From contig JAYZAY010000032.1 of the NCBI GenBank assembly GCA_036339465.1, positions 1 through 34,998 of the forward strand: DNA of 34,998 nucleotides. Direction: 5' to 3'. Origin of the DNA: Myxococcota bacterium. Its GTDB lineage: Bacteria > Myxococcota > XYA12-FULL-58-9 > JABJBS01. Position 1 is the stretch's first letter; each line of letters opens with the position of its first letter. The translations under genes and the position numbers were made by a program. Under the pieces are notes generated by a model, which was not told the DNA's origin, ran no database searches, and saw only the letters and a program-made list of their open reading frames with translations. This document shows positions 1 through 9,351 of the stretch, piece after piece.

Positions 1-925
1 TGACCGTGAAGATACCCTGCTGCATGTTCTGAAGCATGTTGTTGATATCATCGGTTTTAGCCTTTAGTTCCGTGGTTCGCTCTTCGACTTTGTGTTCAAG
101 GTTTTCATAGGAATCTTTAAGCTCAGCCGTCATTTGGTTGAACGAGGAAGCGAGAACTTCGAGTTCGTCGCCACTGCTGATTTCGACGCGAATCCCCCGT
201 TCTCCCTCTGCCATTCTGTTTGCTGCTGTCGTAAAATCTTCGAGAGGGCTGGTGATTTTCTTAGATTCCCGAAAGATCATAACGGCGGCAATCAGTCCAC
301 CGAGTATCGCGATTAGGACTAGGAGGCTGATCGATTGTATACGCTTTTCGTGTGCAGAAAGACGAGCCTGAGCGAGGGTTTCCTGCATTATTTGAGTGGA
401 GAGACCGTAACGAATGGTTCCTTTGAACTCATCTTCAATAACCAATGGAGCAGCATACTCATAAACAGTATGCCTTTGCCCTTTTAGATCGACTTTACGG
501 AAGCTGGTCTCTTCCTTGATTTCATCTTTGCCTAGCCGTAGTGTTGTTTGCCAATCAAAGGTCTCATCCACTTCACCATCAAGGTGGCTTGCATCCGCAA
601 AGGTCCAGGGCATATAGCCCTCGTCCATAAACATGCCATAAACGATTGTATCATCATCGACAACTGTCCTCGACACAAATTCAGCAACCGAGGTCATCGA
701 TAGTTCTTCAACAAAGCCCTTAAGCGCCAGCGCTTGGTTTTTGATGATTGTGGCTCCCTTATCATTTAGGCTGTCGGAGATGTTTTTCTCTGTCATGGCG
801 AGGTTTGCATCGTTTGTGCGCTGCTGCATGTACATCATCATGCCCGCAGCCGGGAGTCCCACGATGGCAAGGATCGTCATTGTGGTTCGAATTAGCTTTT
901 GTTTAAGACTTTTTGTGACCGCCAT
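1..925 (-). CDS. Membrane sensor with HAMP domain, probably a histidine kinase; partial, runs off the left edge
   Basis: Not in the ORF track. Manual translation from ATG at 925 (AGAAGG RBS upstream) is open to position 1: MAVTKSLKQKLIRTTMTILAIVGLPAAG (TM1), periplasmic domain, ISLLVLIAILGGLIAAVMIF (TM2), HAMP (ITSPLEDFTTAANRMAEG...DELEVLASSFNQM), coiled coil (LEHKVEERTTEL), then DINNMLQNMQQGIFTV, a PAS-like start. Confidence 0.88.
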   Translation of the reverse strand, partial: MAVTKSLKQKLIRTTMTILAIVGLPAAGMMMYMQQRTNDANLAMTEKNISDSLNDKGATIIKNQALALKGFVEELSMTSVAEFVSRTVVDDDTIVYGMFMDEGYMPWTFADASHLDGEVDETFDWQTTLRLGKDEIKEETSFRKVDLKGQRHTVYEYAAPLVIEDEFKGTIRYGLSTQIMQETLAQARLSAHEKRIQSISLLVLIAILGGLIAAVMIFRESKKITSPLEDFTTAANRMAEGERGIRVEISSGDELEVLASSFNQMTAELKDSYENLEHKVEERTTELKAKTDDINNMLQNMQQGIFTV

Positions 926-989
926 TTTGAACCTTCTAATTGAGAAGCTAACGATAATCTATTTGGTCTAGCGAAATTGTGGCATTCAG

Positions 990-1367
990 TTAGGGTGCAG
1001 CCCGCTCCAGAGTAACTCTTACGATTTCCAGTAATCGTGTTGGATTGTATGGTTTTACGATCCAGGTTTGGGCTTTTAGCTTTTCATAATCATCTTGGTG
1101 AGTTTTCAAGGACTCCGTGGTGAGCACAAATATCGGGGTCGCTTGATTGAGCGATTTCTCCCGCATATTCTTAAGCATCTCGAGGCCGTTCATTCTAGGC
1201 ATGTTGACATCACAGATCACCAGGTCGTAGGAACGCTCACGAGTTGCATCCAAACCCTCTGCGCCATCACATGCAGAATGCACAAGCACTTGCTCTGAAG
1301 ATAAGAGGTCTTTAAGACTCAATCGTACCTCAGGAGAATCATCCACTACCAAAACGTGCTTGCCCAT
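990..1367 (-). CDS. Single-domain CheY-like response regulator
   Basis: VLVVDDS, ICDVNMP (phosphoacceptor Asp), VLTTE and IVKP receiver motifs; no output domain. Confidence 0.93.
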   Translation of the reverse strand: MGKHVLVVDDSPEVRLSLKDLLSSEQVLVHSACDGAEGLDATRERSYDLVICDVNMPRMNGLEMLKNMREKSLNQATPIFVLTTESLKTHQDDYEKLKAQTWIVKPYNPTRLLEIVRVTLERAAP

Positions 1368-1474
1368 AGTCTTCCGCCCCCGATGATTAATGAGCTTATC
1401 TACTCAAACAATGCTTATAAACTCACTTACTATAACAGTTGTACCCGGAACCCGATGATTGTGTCAAAACATTC

Positions 1475-2326
1475 CTATACGGCTGGCATAGGTAAGTGCG
1501 GAGATTTGACATGGCTGGGGACTCTTTGTTTGGACCACTCACGTCCCTTTTGAACAAAATAGCGACATACTGCCGCAGTATGAACAGGTTTGATGAGCCA
1601 GCGATCGATACCTAATTCAAGACATGCCTCATAGTCGGTGGGATCCTTTTCGGTGCACGCCATAAAAATCTCAGTGGTTTGAAATCTAGCCGGGTGCTGT
1701 TCTTTAATTTGACGCAGCATATCGATACCGTTCCCGCCAGGCATATGAACATCCGTAATCATAAAGGTGATTCCCAAATTTTCATTGAAGAGACGAATCC
1801 CTTCCACTGCATTTTTGGCACTTACAACTTCAACGAATTCCTTGGCCGCGGATGACAAAATGGCTTCGGTAATCGTGTTCCTAAATAAGGCCTGGTCATC
1901 GACGACCAACAGCATTTTTTTCGACAAGTTACGAAGATATTTGGGCACTCTTTCAAGAAGATGGCGACAAAAAACCTCGGTGCAAATGGGTTTGATCAAC
2001 CAGTGCTCAACGCCCAGTTCACGGCATGCTTCAAATTCGATGCGGTCCCTATCTGCGCACACCATAAAAATCTCAACCCCTTGGAATCTCTCTGGGTAGA
2101 ATTCTTTCATTTGCCGCACCATGTCGATACCGCTCCCGTCAGGCATATGAACATCCGCAACCAAAAAGGCGATTTCCTGATCTTCGTTAAACAAACGAAT
2201 CCCTTCTTCTGCATTTTTGGCACTAACCACTTCAACGAATTCGCTTGCCGCCGATGACAAAATGGCACTCCTAATGGCCTCTTTAAATATGGGCTGGTCA
2301 TCGACAACCAAGAGCTTCATTTTCAC
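1475..2326 (-). CDS. Protein made of two tandem receiver (REC) domains with no output domain
   Basis: Two copies of LLVVDDQ...DVHMP.G.GIDM...WLIKP; AGGTG RBS before the GTG start. Confidence 0.92.
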   Translation of the reverse strand: MKMKLLVVDDQPIFKEAIRSAILSSAASEFVEVVSAKNAEEGIRLFNEDQEIAFLVADVHMPDGSGIDMVRQMKEFYPERFQGVEIFMVCADRDRIEFEACRELGVEHWLIKPICTEVFCRHLLERVPKYLRNLSKKMLLVVDDQALFRNTITEAILSSAAKEFVEVVSAKNAVEGIRLFNENLGITFMITDVHMPGGNGIDMLRQIKEQHPARFQTTEIFMACTEKDPTDYEACLELGIDRWLIKPVHTAAVCRYFVQKGREWSKQRVPSHVKSPHLPMPAV

Positions 2327-2488
2327 TTTGACACCTGTTACTCGCTAACTACCCCGAACAACATTCCGACTCAATTTGGACAGTTGCACCCTGACCCCTA
2401 GCACATTGTCCTACACCCAGTGTAACACAGCTTAGCACATGAGCCAACTTCCTTTCTCGCCGTCGCAGAGGGCTAGCGCTAGGGCGTT

Positions 2489-2737
2489 CTAACGGGCTCC
2501 CATGGATTGGGTAATTAGGGCAACGCATTGGCCCAGAATCCACCCAGCTATTTTTCGGATGTTTTTCACCAAGGCCTCGTAGACCTGGTTGTTTTGGCGC
2601 TGATATGCTGCCACTTGCCGCGCCCCGGTGAGTGCGTAAGCGCTTGAGGTCTTTTCTTGGGTGAAGTTTTCGGCACCGGTGATGTTGTATGCCGTGGTCT
2701 TGAAGGTTTGGTCGGTTTTTAACACGTGCTCTTTCAC
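2489..2737 (-). CDS. Small hypothetical protein or gene fragment
   Basis: 82-aa ORF with coding-like codon usage (many C-ending codons); no recognisable family. Confidence 0.3.
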   Translation of the reverse strand: MKEHVLKTDQTFKTTAYNITGAENFTQEKTSSAYALTGARQVAAYQRQNNQVYEALVKNIRKIAGWILGQCVALITQSMGAR

Positions 2738-3020
2738 GCTGAATTCTCAGCGCGTTTTATTGTGGGCACCAATATCTTGTGCAGACGTTATCCTCGTGAG
2801 ATTTGGGGATACCTCGGCGTGTTGGATTTTGGCACGCCCATCTCCCTTTCCGGATTTTTCGAGTCCTTTGGGATATGGGAGAATTTTCTTGCCGGTGGTA
2901 AAGCGCTTCCCGTAGGAGCGCTAAAGAAGCACCCGCGATCACGCAAAACTTGGGGCTGGTTGCCCATCACCAGCAAAAGATAGTCCCCACCCTCTTAAAA
3001 CCCTTTTATTGCGATGGCCC

Positions 3021-3060
3021 CAGACATTCCCAGACATTCCCAGACATTCCCAGACATCCC
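3021..3060. repeat. 10-bp intergenic tandem repeat (CAGACATTCC) x4
   Basis: Three exact units plus one with a single mismatch. Confidence 0.95.
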
Positions 3061-3227
3061 TGGCTCCCGACTACCCAGCTTCATGAGCAACTCGGAAATT
3101 CAATGACGCATCATCCGCGCTCGTAACCCATTGCAAAAACGCTGCGAACAACCACTCTAGAAATGTACCCCCCCAAAAAAAAACCGAAATTGTTCCAATC
3201 GCTCTCTATGCTTGACATACAGTCTTT

Positions 3228-3265
3228 TATTGACACAGACTCGTCTTAGTGAAATTCTTTACGGG
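3228..3265 (+). promoter_or_regulatory. Promoter-like motif with TTGACA upstream of the SBP gene (second copy at 5073-5110)
   Basis: TATTGACACAGACTCGTCTTAGTGAAATTCTTTACGGG; another TTGACA lies at 3212; no good -10 hexamer. Confidence 0.45.
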
Positions 3266-3357
3266 ATTTTCTAAGGTACCATAGATATTCTAGCCGATGT
3301 CCGGTTGGTTTGTCTGCGGTTAACCGGTTTAATATATTACATGGGGGTTATTGAAAG

Positions 3358-4893
3358 ATGCACAAGATTTTATCGGGGATATGTATCCTCTCAATGTCGT
3401 TTTTTGTGGGCTGCAGCAGTGATGATGGAGGTGACTCGACGGGCACAGACACGACGACGGGCACAGACACCGCGACGGGCACAGACACCGCGACGAGCAC
3501 AGACACGTCAACAGCGAGCGCTGCTTGCGGTACGATAGACAATGAACCTGCAGCGGTAACCCCTAATTGTGTTTTGTACCCAGCGGAAGCAGGTGAGATT
3601 ATTATTCCTGTTATGATTTCTTATGGTGCTGATGGTGGTTGGCCTTTTCCCAAGGGGAAGAACGCGGCTGAACTGGCTATCAACGAAATCAACGCGGCTG
3701 GTGGAATTGACGGGAAGAAAGTGCAGATGTATCTCTGTGATTCACAGTGCGATCCCCAAGTAGGTGATGCCGCTTTCAAACAGATCCTCCAGTACCGCTC
3801 TGAGAATTCAGATAAAGTGGCACCGGTGATCGTTGGCCCATCCTGCTCGTCGGTGGCATTTAATCAGCGAAAGTGCAAAGATAGTACGGACATGAAGGGT
3901 GTCGATGCACTTTTCACAACGGCCAAAGCTGAAAAAGTGGCGATGATTGCCACAAGTACGGAATCCGCGGCATTGAGCGCTGTAGATGATGGTGGCTATT
4001 TCTTTAGAACCATTGGACACAGTGACCAGCTAGGTGGCGCTCAGGCGGCCTACCTGGCAAATTTTCGGGCTTTGACTAAGCTCACAGTGATCACCCCTGA
4101 TGATGCGTGGGGCAAAGCAACAGCGGCGTCTGTCTCCCAAGCTTTTGCTCTCCAAGTAGGGGGGGATGAAGCGGATGTGGTTAGCACATATAGATATACT
4201 CCACCGAGTACAACTGAGACAGTTGCTGATTGGTCGACTGAGGCCTTAACATATCTTGAAGACAGCGTCGATTCCACATCGAAAAATGGTCTTTTTCTGG
4301 TTGGTTATGATGCTGACACTCCCCTCGGCAATTTGATGAAAGAGCTCGCTGATTTTCCGGTAGACGACTTGAATCATATTGAGTTCTCCGGATTGTCCGA
4401 TGCTTTTTTTACCGACGTTACCAGGGACAGCTTTATGGTAGGAAAAGGCGGGATCACTCCGATGGCATTGGATACCGCCTCGACAACCCATTTTACGGCG
4501 GCCTTTAAAACGCACAGTGGCGAGGACAGCCAAAACTACGTGCCTCAAACCTATGATGGTATTTATATGGCGGCAATTGCTGTCGCTTTATCCGGCGCCG
4601 ATTTCACTGACGGCGAAAAAATCAAGAACAACCTTCAAAACAAGACTGCCTCCGGCAAAGATGGCATCGCAGGTGGTTGGGGCGACATCGATACCAATAT
4701 TAAGGCCGATGGCGAAATTAACTATGTCGGCGCTTCTGGACCATTGGATTTTGATGCCAATGGGGATGTTTCATCCTACTATCAGCATCAAGAGTTTAAT
4801 GCGGCTGGCGCTTATACAAACTGTGGATGCTGGGATGGCGCTGGCGCGGAATGTGATGCCACCAAGGTTACCTTCACGGCTTGTGCTCAATAA
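3358..4893 (+). CDS. ABC-type branched-chain amino acid family substrate-binding lipoprotein (periplasmic binding protein type 1)
   Basis: Lipobox FFVGC; AAELAINEINAAGGIDGKK, VIVGPSCSS, GYFFRTI, YDGIY and GASGPLDFDANGD motifs. Confidence 0.93.
   Translation: MHKILSGICILSMSFFVGCSSDDGGDSTGTDTTTGTDTATGTDTATSTDTSTASAACGTIDNEPAAVTPNCVLYPAEAGEIIIPVMISYGADGGWPFPKGKNAAELAINEINAAGGIDGKKVQMYLCDSQCDPQVGDAAFKQILQYRSENSDKVAPVIVGPSCSSVAFNQRKCKDSTDMKGVDALFTTAKAEKVAMIATSTESAALSAVDDGGYFFRTIGHSDQLGGAQAAYLANFRALTKLTVITPDDAWGKATAASVSQAFALQVGGDEADVVSTYRYTPPSTTETVADWSTEALTYLEDSVDSTSKNGLFLVGYDADTPLGNLMKELADFPVDDLNHIEFSGLSDAFFTDVTRDSFMVGKGGITPMALDTASTTHFTAAFKTHSGEDSQNYVPQTYDGIYMAAIAVALSGADFTDGEKIKNNLQNKTASGKDGIAGGWGDIDTNIKADGEINYVGASGPLDFDANGDVSSYYQHQEFNAAGAYTNCGCWDGAGAECDATKVTFTACAQ
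3439..3510 (+). repeat. 18-bp in-frame tandem repeat x4 encoding a (TGTDTA)-like linker
   Basis: ACGGGCACAGACAC(G/C)NCG units shortly after the lipidated Cys. Confidence 0.95.
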
Positions 4894-4910
4894 TCAGCGA
4901 ATTTAGTGTC

Positions 4911-4950
4911 AAAAAGCCGCAGTGCCCTGTTTCGGGCATTGCGGCTTCTT
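4911..4950 (+). terminator. Hairpin, probably the intrinsic terminator of the SBP gene
   Basis: 14-bp stem AAGCCGCAGTGCCC / GGGCATTGCGGCTT with a 6-nt loop, flanked by an A run and TTCTT, about 20 nt after the stop. Confidence 0.75.
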
Positions 4951-4990
4951 CGCCCCGCCCCATAATCAGTCATACATAGAAAAAAATAGG

Positions 4991-5215
4991 ATATATGCTG
5001 CGGCTACTCACCAAACCTTGCCTAAAGCGAGGGCGGTGCAGGAGCTGAATCTAAGCGAGCTATTCGGTGTTCTATTGACACAGCCTCAGGTAAGTGAATT
5101 CCTTATAGGGTATCTAGCAGCAATGACGGCAGCAACCGGCAAAGCTCTTGCTGTCAATGCAGTGGCTACTGGCACGGATGCAAGTTTTAGCATCCACACA
5201 TAATTATAAAGAAAC
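4991..5215 (+). pseudogene. Decayed duplicate of the 5' part of the adjacent TonB-dependent receptor gene
   Basis: YAAAT...AVQELNLSELF...AATGKA...NYKE matches receptor YAGAS...AVEELDLSALL...AATGKA...NYKD; start codon and most of the signal peptide are absent; stop or frameshift near 5200. Confidence 0.75.
5073..5110 (+). promoter_or_regulatory. Second copy of the TTGACA-containing motif, upstream of the TonB receptor
   Basis: TATTGACACAGCCTCAGGTAAGTGAATTCCTTATAGGG aligns without gaps to 3228-3265 (28/38 identical by hand count). Confidence 0.45.
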
Positions 5216-5346
5216 TACTTCAGATTGCCCGGCAAGTGCCGTGAGCCCTATTCAGACCGCCATAGATGCCTCAGAAAAAAAGTTGCGCTCGCTCTGACCC
5301 CTGGAGCCTTTTTTAGGTTTATTGTCCATAATCTGCAAATTTACTA

Positions 5347-5402
5347 TCAAAAAGCCTCAATGCCCTAGTTTGGGCATTGCGGTTGCCCCCCATAATCAGT
5401 CA
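5347..5402 (+). repeat. Second copy of the hairpin plus CCCATAATCAGTCA element found at 4909-4972
   Basis: TCAAAAAGCCTCAATGCCCTAGTTTGGGCATTGCGGTT...CCCATAATCAGTCA. Confidence 0.85.
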
Positions 5403-5438
5403 CAATATAAAAAATACATCAAGTGAGGTCTTGGTAGA

Positions 5439-7763
5439 ATGAAGAAATTAATGCCGTTTTCTTTTGCGACAGTTCTACTTTTATTTGCAACATATGCTGG
5501 AGCTTCAGCGCCTGCACCTCAAACGGGGGCGGTGGAAGAGCTAGACCTAAGCGCGCTATTAAGCCTTGATGTCGTGGTGGCGGCCACCGGAAAAGCGAGC
5601 ACCGTGGAGGATGCTCCGGCGATTGTCAGCGTTATGAATTATAAGGATATCCAGGCTGCTGGATACCGAACAGTCGGTGAGGCTCTTCGAACGATTCCTG
5701 GGCTTTCGGTGATTGATGACCATGTGGATACCCATATAGGGATCCGTGGATTTTTTGCCAGTATCGATTCGTCGACGGATATCCTTAAATTAATGATTAA
5801 TGGACAGGCCGTCGCATTTCGGCCTAATTCGGGAAATTTTTTCGGCTATGATTTAATCCCCATTCAAGCGGTGAAGCGAATTGAGATTATTCGAGGGCCC
5901 GCATCTTCGCTCTATGGAGCCAATGCCTTCTTGGGCGTTGTCAATGTTGTTACATTTACAGGAAATGAGTTGATCGACCAAAAAACTGTTCCCCGAGCTT
6001 TTGCTCTGGGGGTGGCAGGCCAGGGATCAGCGATTATGAATCCCGAAGCAAACAACATAGGCAATATCACAGGTTCAGCGATCGCTGCTGCGGCAAGCGG
6101 AGACTTTGATTTACTCTTGGGAGTCACCTACGCCAAGGCAGACCGTTCCGGTTTGAAGCTACCTGGATCGCTGGAGACAGATTTACCCCACCCCACCCCA
6201 AGTTGGGATGGTAAAAGAGAGGCACTTTTGGAAAAGGTAAGCACCGATGACCTTTCGGTGGAGGGGTCTTTTTACGGTCTTGGTGCCTGGAACTTGAATG
6301 ACTGGGGAGAGCTTCTTCTAGACGTCAATGGGCAATTTCGAAGTAAGTCTGGGGAGTATATCTCCGATACAACCATGAGTCACAGAACGAAAATCAATTT
6401 TACCAATGGTTATTTCCGGCTGAAGTATCTCTCTCCCGGTCGAGACGATGGCTTTTATTGGGATCTTGCCCTGACCTATGCTCAGAGTCAGGTGGGGGAA
6501 GACGATCAGATTGCGGATCCCAAAAGAACCGACAGGGTGAATACGCGCGATTTTTCGGGCCGAGCCTTGAGTGCGAAAATGGAACTCAATTATGGGTTTG
6601 GCCCGAATCGGGTTATCACCCTTGGATTCGATTTCGATGAGGATGATGAAAATCTTCTAACCCTGAGCGTCAAGAAAGACGGTAAGGATCCAGTAACACA
6701 GGATGGTTACGGCAAGCGCATTTTCGCCAATCATGGCATTTATGCCCAGCTGATTTGGCAAATTTATGATGAATTAACAATGACCACTGGGGTTCGTTTT
6801 GACCACAATGATGCCGTGGGATGTAACCCCGATGATTGGGATTGTTTCGGAGAATCGGAATACGGGATCAACCCCATCGTCGATAGAAACTTGGTTGAGG
6901 GCCTGGCAGACCCTACCATAGGTGGGAAATATCAGATGTCTAGTCGCATGGCCTTTGTTTACAACCCTAAGGCCATCCCGCCGCTCTATACTAAATTGGC
7001 CTATGGCTCTTCTTACAAGGCTCCAACGCCTTACCAGCTTTATCATATGCGGGTGACGACGGTTGGCAGTGCAGGCAAGGCTGACTTGCTGCCACAAACC
7101 GCAGATACCATCGAACTACTTCTGGGATATAAAGCGTCTCAAAAGCTACGGGTGGAACTGGGCGGTTTTTACTTGCTCAATAAAAACCTGGTCACTTCCT
7201 TTAAGAGTGAAAACAGAAATCGAGTGGAAAGCTTGAATGCGAATGGTAAATCTGCGGGATTAGAAGCCAGTGTTGATTATAAAGACAAGCAAATGGTCCT
7301 TAAGGCGAATCTCAGCTATTTGCTTCTCACGGAAGTGCAATCCCAGAAACCGGCGGGCGTAGGCGATGGCACTTGGGAGACGGATGCTAGGAGTAAAGCG
7401 GTTCCCACCGAGCGGTATCCCATGCTGATGGCCAACCTCTTTGCGAGTTATACACTTGAGGATTGGTATCTGAAATTTGGCGGAAATGTTCACTTGGTGA
7501 TGGATCGCAATGCTTCCTTTGTGAACAACACCTCCTACAATATTGCAGATCTTACTGATACCTACAAAATCCCTCCCTATGTTTTGTTGAGGGCCAATAT
7601 CAGCACCACCGGTCTTTATTTAGCCGATGCTTTGGAAGAAACTGTTTTCTCGTTGATGTTTTTTGGCTCGGCAACGGGAGACTATATGGAACCAGGTGTC
7701 GGGGGCGTGGAGATCCCCGGTTTGGGGCCGAGTGTCTATTTGAAATTGACCCAATATTTTTAG
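5439..7763 (+). CDS. TonB-dependent outer membrane receptor
   Basis: Signal peptide; plug motifs GYRTVGEALRTIPG and RIEIIRGPASSLYGANAFLGVVNVVT; barrel motifs GVRFD and YKAP; C-terminal Phe. Confidence 0.95.
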   Translation: MKKLMPFSFATVLLLFATYAGASAPAPQTGAVEELDLSALLSLDVVVAATGKASTVEDAPAIVSVMNYKDIQAAGYRTVGEALRTIPGLSVIDDHVDTHIGIRGFFASIDSSTDILKLMINGQAVAFRPNSGNFFGYDLIPIQAVKRIEIIRGPASSLYGANAFLGVVNVVTFTGNELIDQKTVPRAFALGVAGQGSAIMNPEANNIGNITGSAIAAAASGDFDLLLGVTYAKADRSGLKLPGSLETDLPHPTPSWDGKREALLEKVSTDDLSVEGSFYGLGAWNLNDWGELLLDVNGQFRSKSGEYISDTTMSHRTKINFTNGYFRLKYLSPGRDDGFYWDLALTYAQSQVGEDDQIADPKRTDRVNTRDFSGRALSAKMELNYGFGPNRVITLGFDFDEDDENLLTLSVKKDGKDPVTQDGYGKRIFANHGIYAQLIWQIYDELTMTTGVRFDHNDAVGCNPDDWDCFGESEYGINPIVDRNLVEGLADPTIGGKYQMSSRMAFVYNPKAIPPLYTKLAYGSSYKAPTPYQLYHMRVTTVGSAGKADLLPQTADTIELLLGYKASQKLRVELGGFYLLNKNLVTSFKSENRNRVESLNANGKSAGLEASVDYKDKQMVLKANLSYLLLTEVQSQKPAGVGDGTWETDARSKAVPTERYPMLMANLFASYTLEDWYLKFGGNVHLVMDRNASFVNNTSYNIADLTDTYKIPPYVLLRANISTTGLYLADALEETVFSLMFFGSATGDYMEPGVGGVEIPGLGPSVYLKLTQYF

Positions 7764-7791
7764 GGTGCCCTTCACTTTAGGGATTCTCGAT

Positions 7792-8376
7792 TTAGTCTTC
7801 GATAAAGCCTCTTCCAACATCGTGCACAAGTTCTAGCTTAAGACGATAGGATCCACTGCATGATTTTCGGTCGGCTTCTGGGTATTCGGCGCTTATTTCA
7901 GCATCTCCCAAAATAAAGCTGGCGGTGTTCTCTCCGATGTCCATGGTGGTTTGTAGGGATATGCGGACTTCTGCGTCTTCACAGACCGCCGAGTTGTTAT
8001 GGGTGCAAACATCTTGAGACGCTTGATGGCTGATGATCCGGCATTGTGGTCCCCAGTGAATCACGCTGTCTGCGAGGACCACCATTAAAGGTCTGATGGT
8101 TTTACAGCTGCCACCCATCTGAATTAGACTGGCGTGGTACACACCGGTGGGGCCTTGCTCATCGCAGATGATGGGAGGAACCGCTAGAATTCGTTCATCA
8201 ACTAGAATTTGTTCATCGGCTAGAATTTGTTCATCGGCTAGAATTTGTTCGTTTTCTTGGGCCTGTACACTGATTGGACTTTCCCAATCTTGTGAATCAA
8301 AGTTAGTTGTATCTCCACAGGCAACGGTGAAAGCTAAGCCAGCGACAGCGAGTGAGAGAATGAGAGAACGTATCAT
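7792..8376 (-). CDS. Hypothetical Cys-rich lipoprotein
   Basis: Signal peptide ending TVAC; EQILAD repeat; several spaced cysteines; AAGGA RBS. Confidence 0.75.
   Translation of the reverse strand: MIRSLILSLAVAGLAFTVACGDTTNFDSQDWESPISVQAQENEQILADEQILADEQILVDERILAVPPIICDEQGPTGVYHASLIQMGGSCKTIRPLMVVLADSVIHWGPQCRIISHQASQDVCTHNNSAVCEDAEVRISLQTTMDIGENTASFILGDAEISAEYPEADRKSCSGSYRLKLELVHDVGRGFIED
8185..8256 (-). repeat. 18-bp in-frame tandem repeat x4 encoding (DEQILA)n
   Basis: TAGAATTTGTTCATCGGC units on the plus strand, two exact and two degenerate. Confidence 0.93.
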
Positions 8377-8816
8377 GGAACAATCCTTTAATCTTAGGGT
8401 GCTTTCCCTAAAAGCAAGCTTTATTCAAAACGGCTTTCCCAGTCGGGAGGGTCCCCACCCTCCTCACCCAACCTTTAGTAGGCAAGGTCTAAAAAAAGCC
8501 TTCTATTCGGGATTAGTATCGTCGGATGCGGGTATGTTGTTCACAAAATCCACATCGAAAAGGCTGAAAACGCCAAAATTAAAAATCACAGAAGTGCAAC
8601 ACTACGTCCGCTCTTCATTTAGTATACCATTGATTCAAAAAAAGAGGTTGACGATCTCCAAATAGGTGGTGAGATAGAGTTTAGGAGCCCAGTAATCCTA
8701 TAACACACCTTTTTTATTACTGTTTCCCTACTTCTATGCGGGGTATATCGACCAAAAACCATCCATATTGAGATCTTTCGCGTCGTTTTTCTGCCCGCGC
8801 CCAATCGTACCGACCC

Positions 8817-9128
8817 TTGTCCAAAGCTTTGAACTTGGACATTTTAACACAGCAAAATACACATAAATCCCATTCTTCATGCACAAACCACCGATATTTT
8901 GACGCAACAAAAGTTGGTATGGGGGTTTCTGAAGGCCTTGCCATTCGCCAAAGCTACAAGACCAATCCAAATCCCAATCCCATGATGGGCGTCGGTGGCA
9001 AGCTTCACGTCACCATAACCGCCGCAGACTGCGCCCCAGGCACATACCAAGTTCGGTTGGGAAATTTCTACATCGGTGACGAGAACCAGCCATACAACAC
9101 CCACACCGTGGACCTCGTAGTCAGCTAA
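8817..9128 (+). pseudogene. Probable C-terminal fragment of a larger beta-sandwich-containing protein
   Basis: LHVTITAADCAPGTYQVRL...TVDLVVS resembles the end of an Ig-like domain; weak TTG start with an in-frame TGA at 8769. Confidence 0.35.
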
Positions 9129-9351
9129 ATGCACTTTAGGAAAGGAGCAGGTAAATTAACCAGGCAGGTCGATAAGGTAAGGTAAGGTAAAAGGTAATCA
9201 ACCAGAAGAGCATCCAACCAGGGACATGACTCGATTCTTTATGGTTGGTGTTATCCTAGGTATCTCAAGGAAAATCGACCCCTTCATACAAATCCTCAAA
9301 TTAACTTAGACTCTATGGGGCTGCCTCTCTCTCTAAACTTTTTACCTACCC

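Noticed and set aside
92..971. Short plus-strand ORFs at the left end
   Set aside because: Shadows of the minus-strand HAMP sensor gene
8691..8722. dif-like site near the skew change
   Set aside because: AATCCTATAA resembles a XerC arm but the XerD arm is absent
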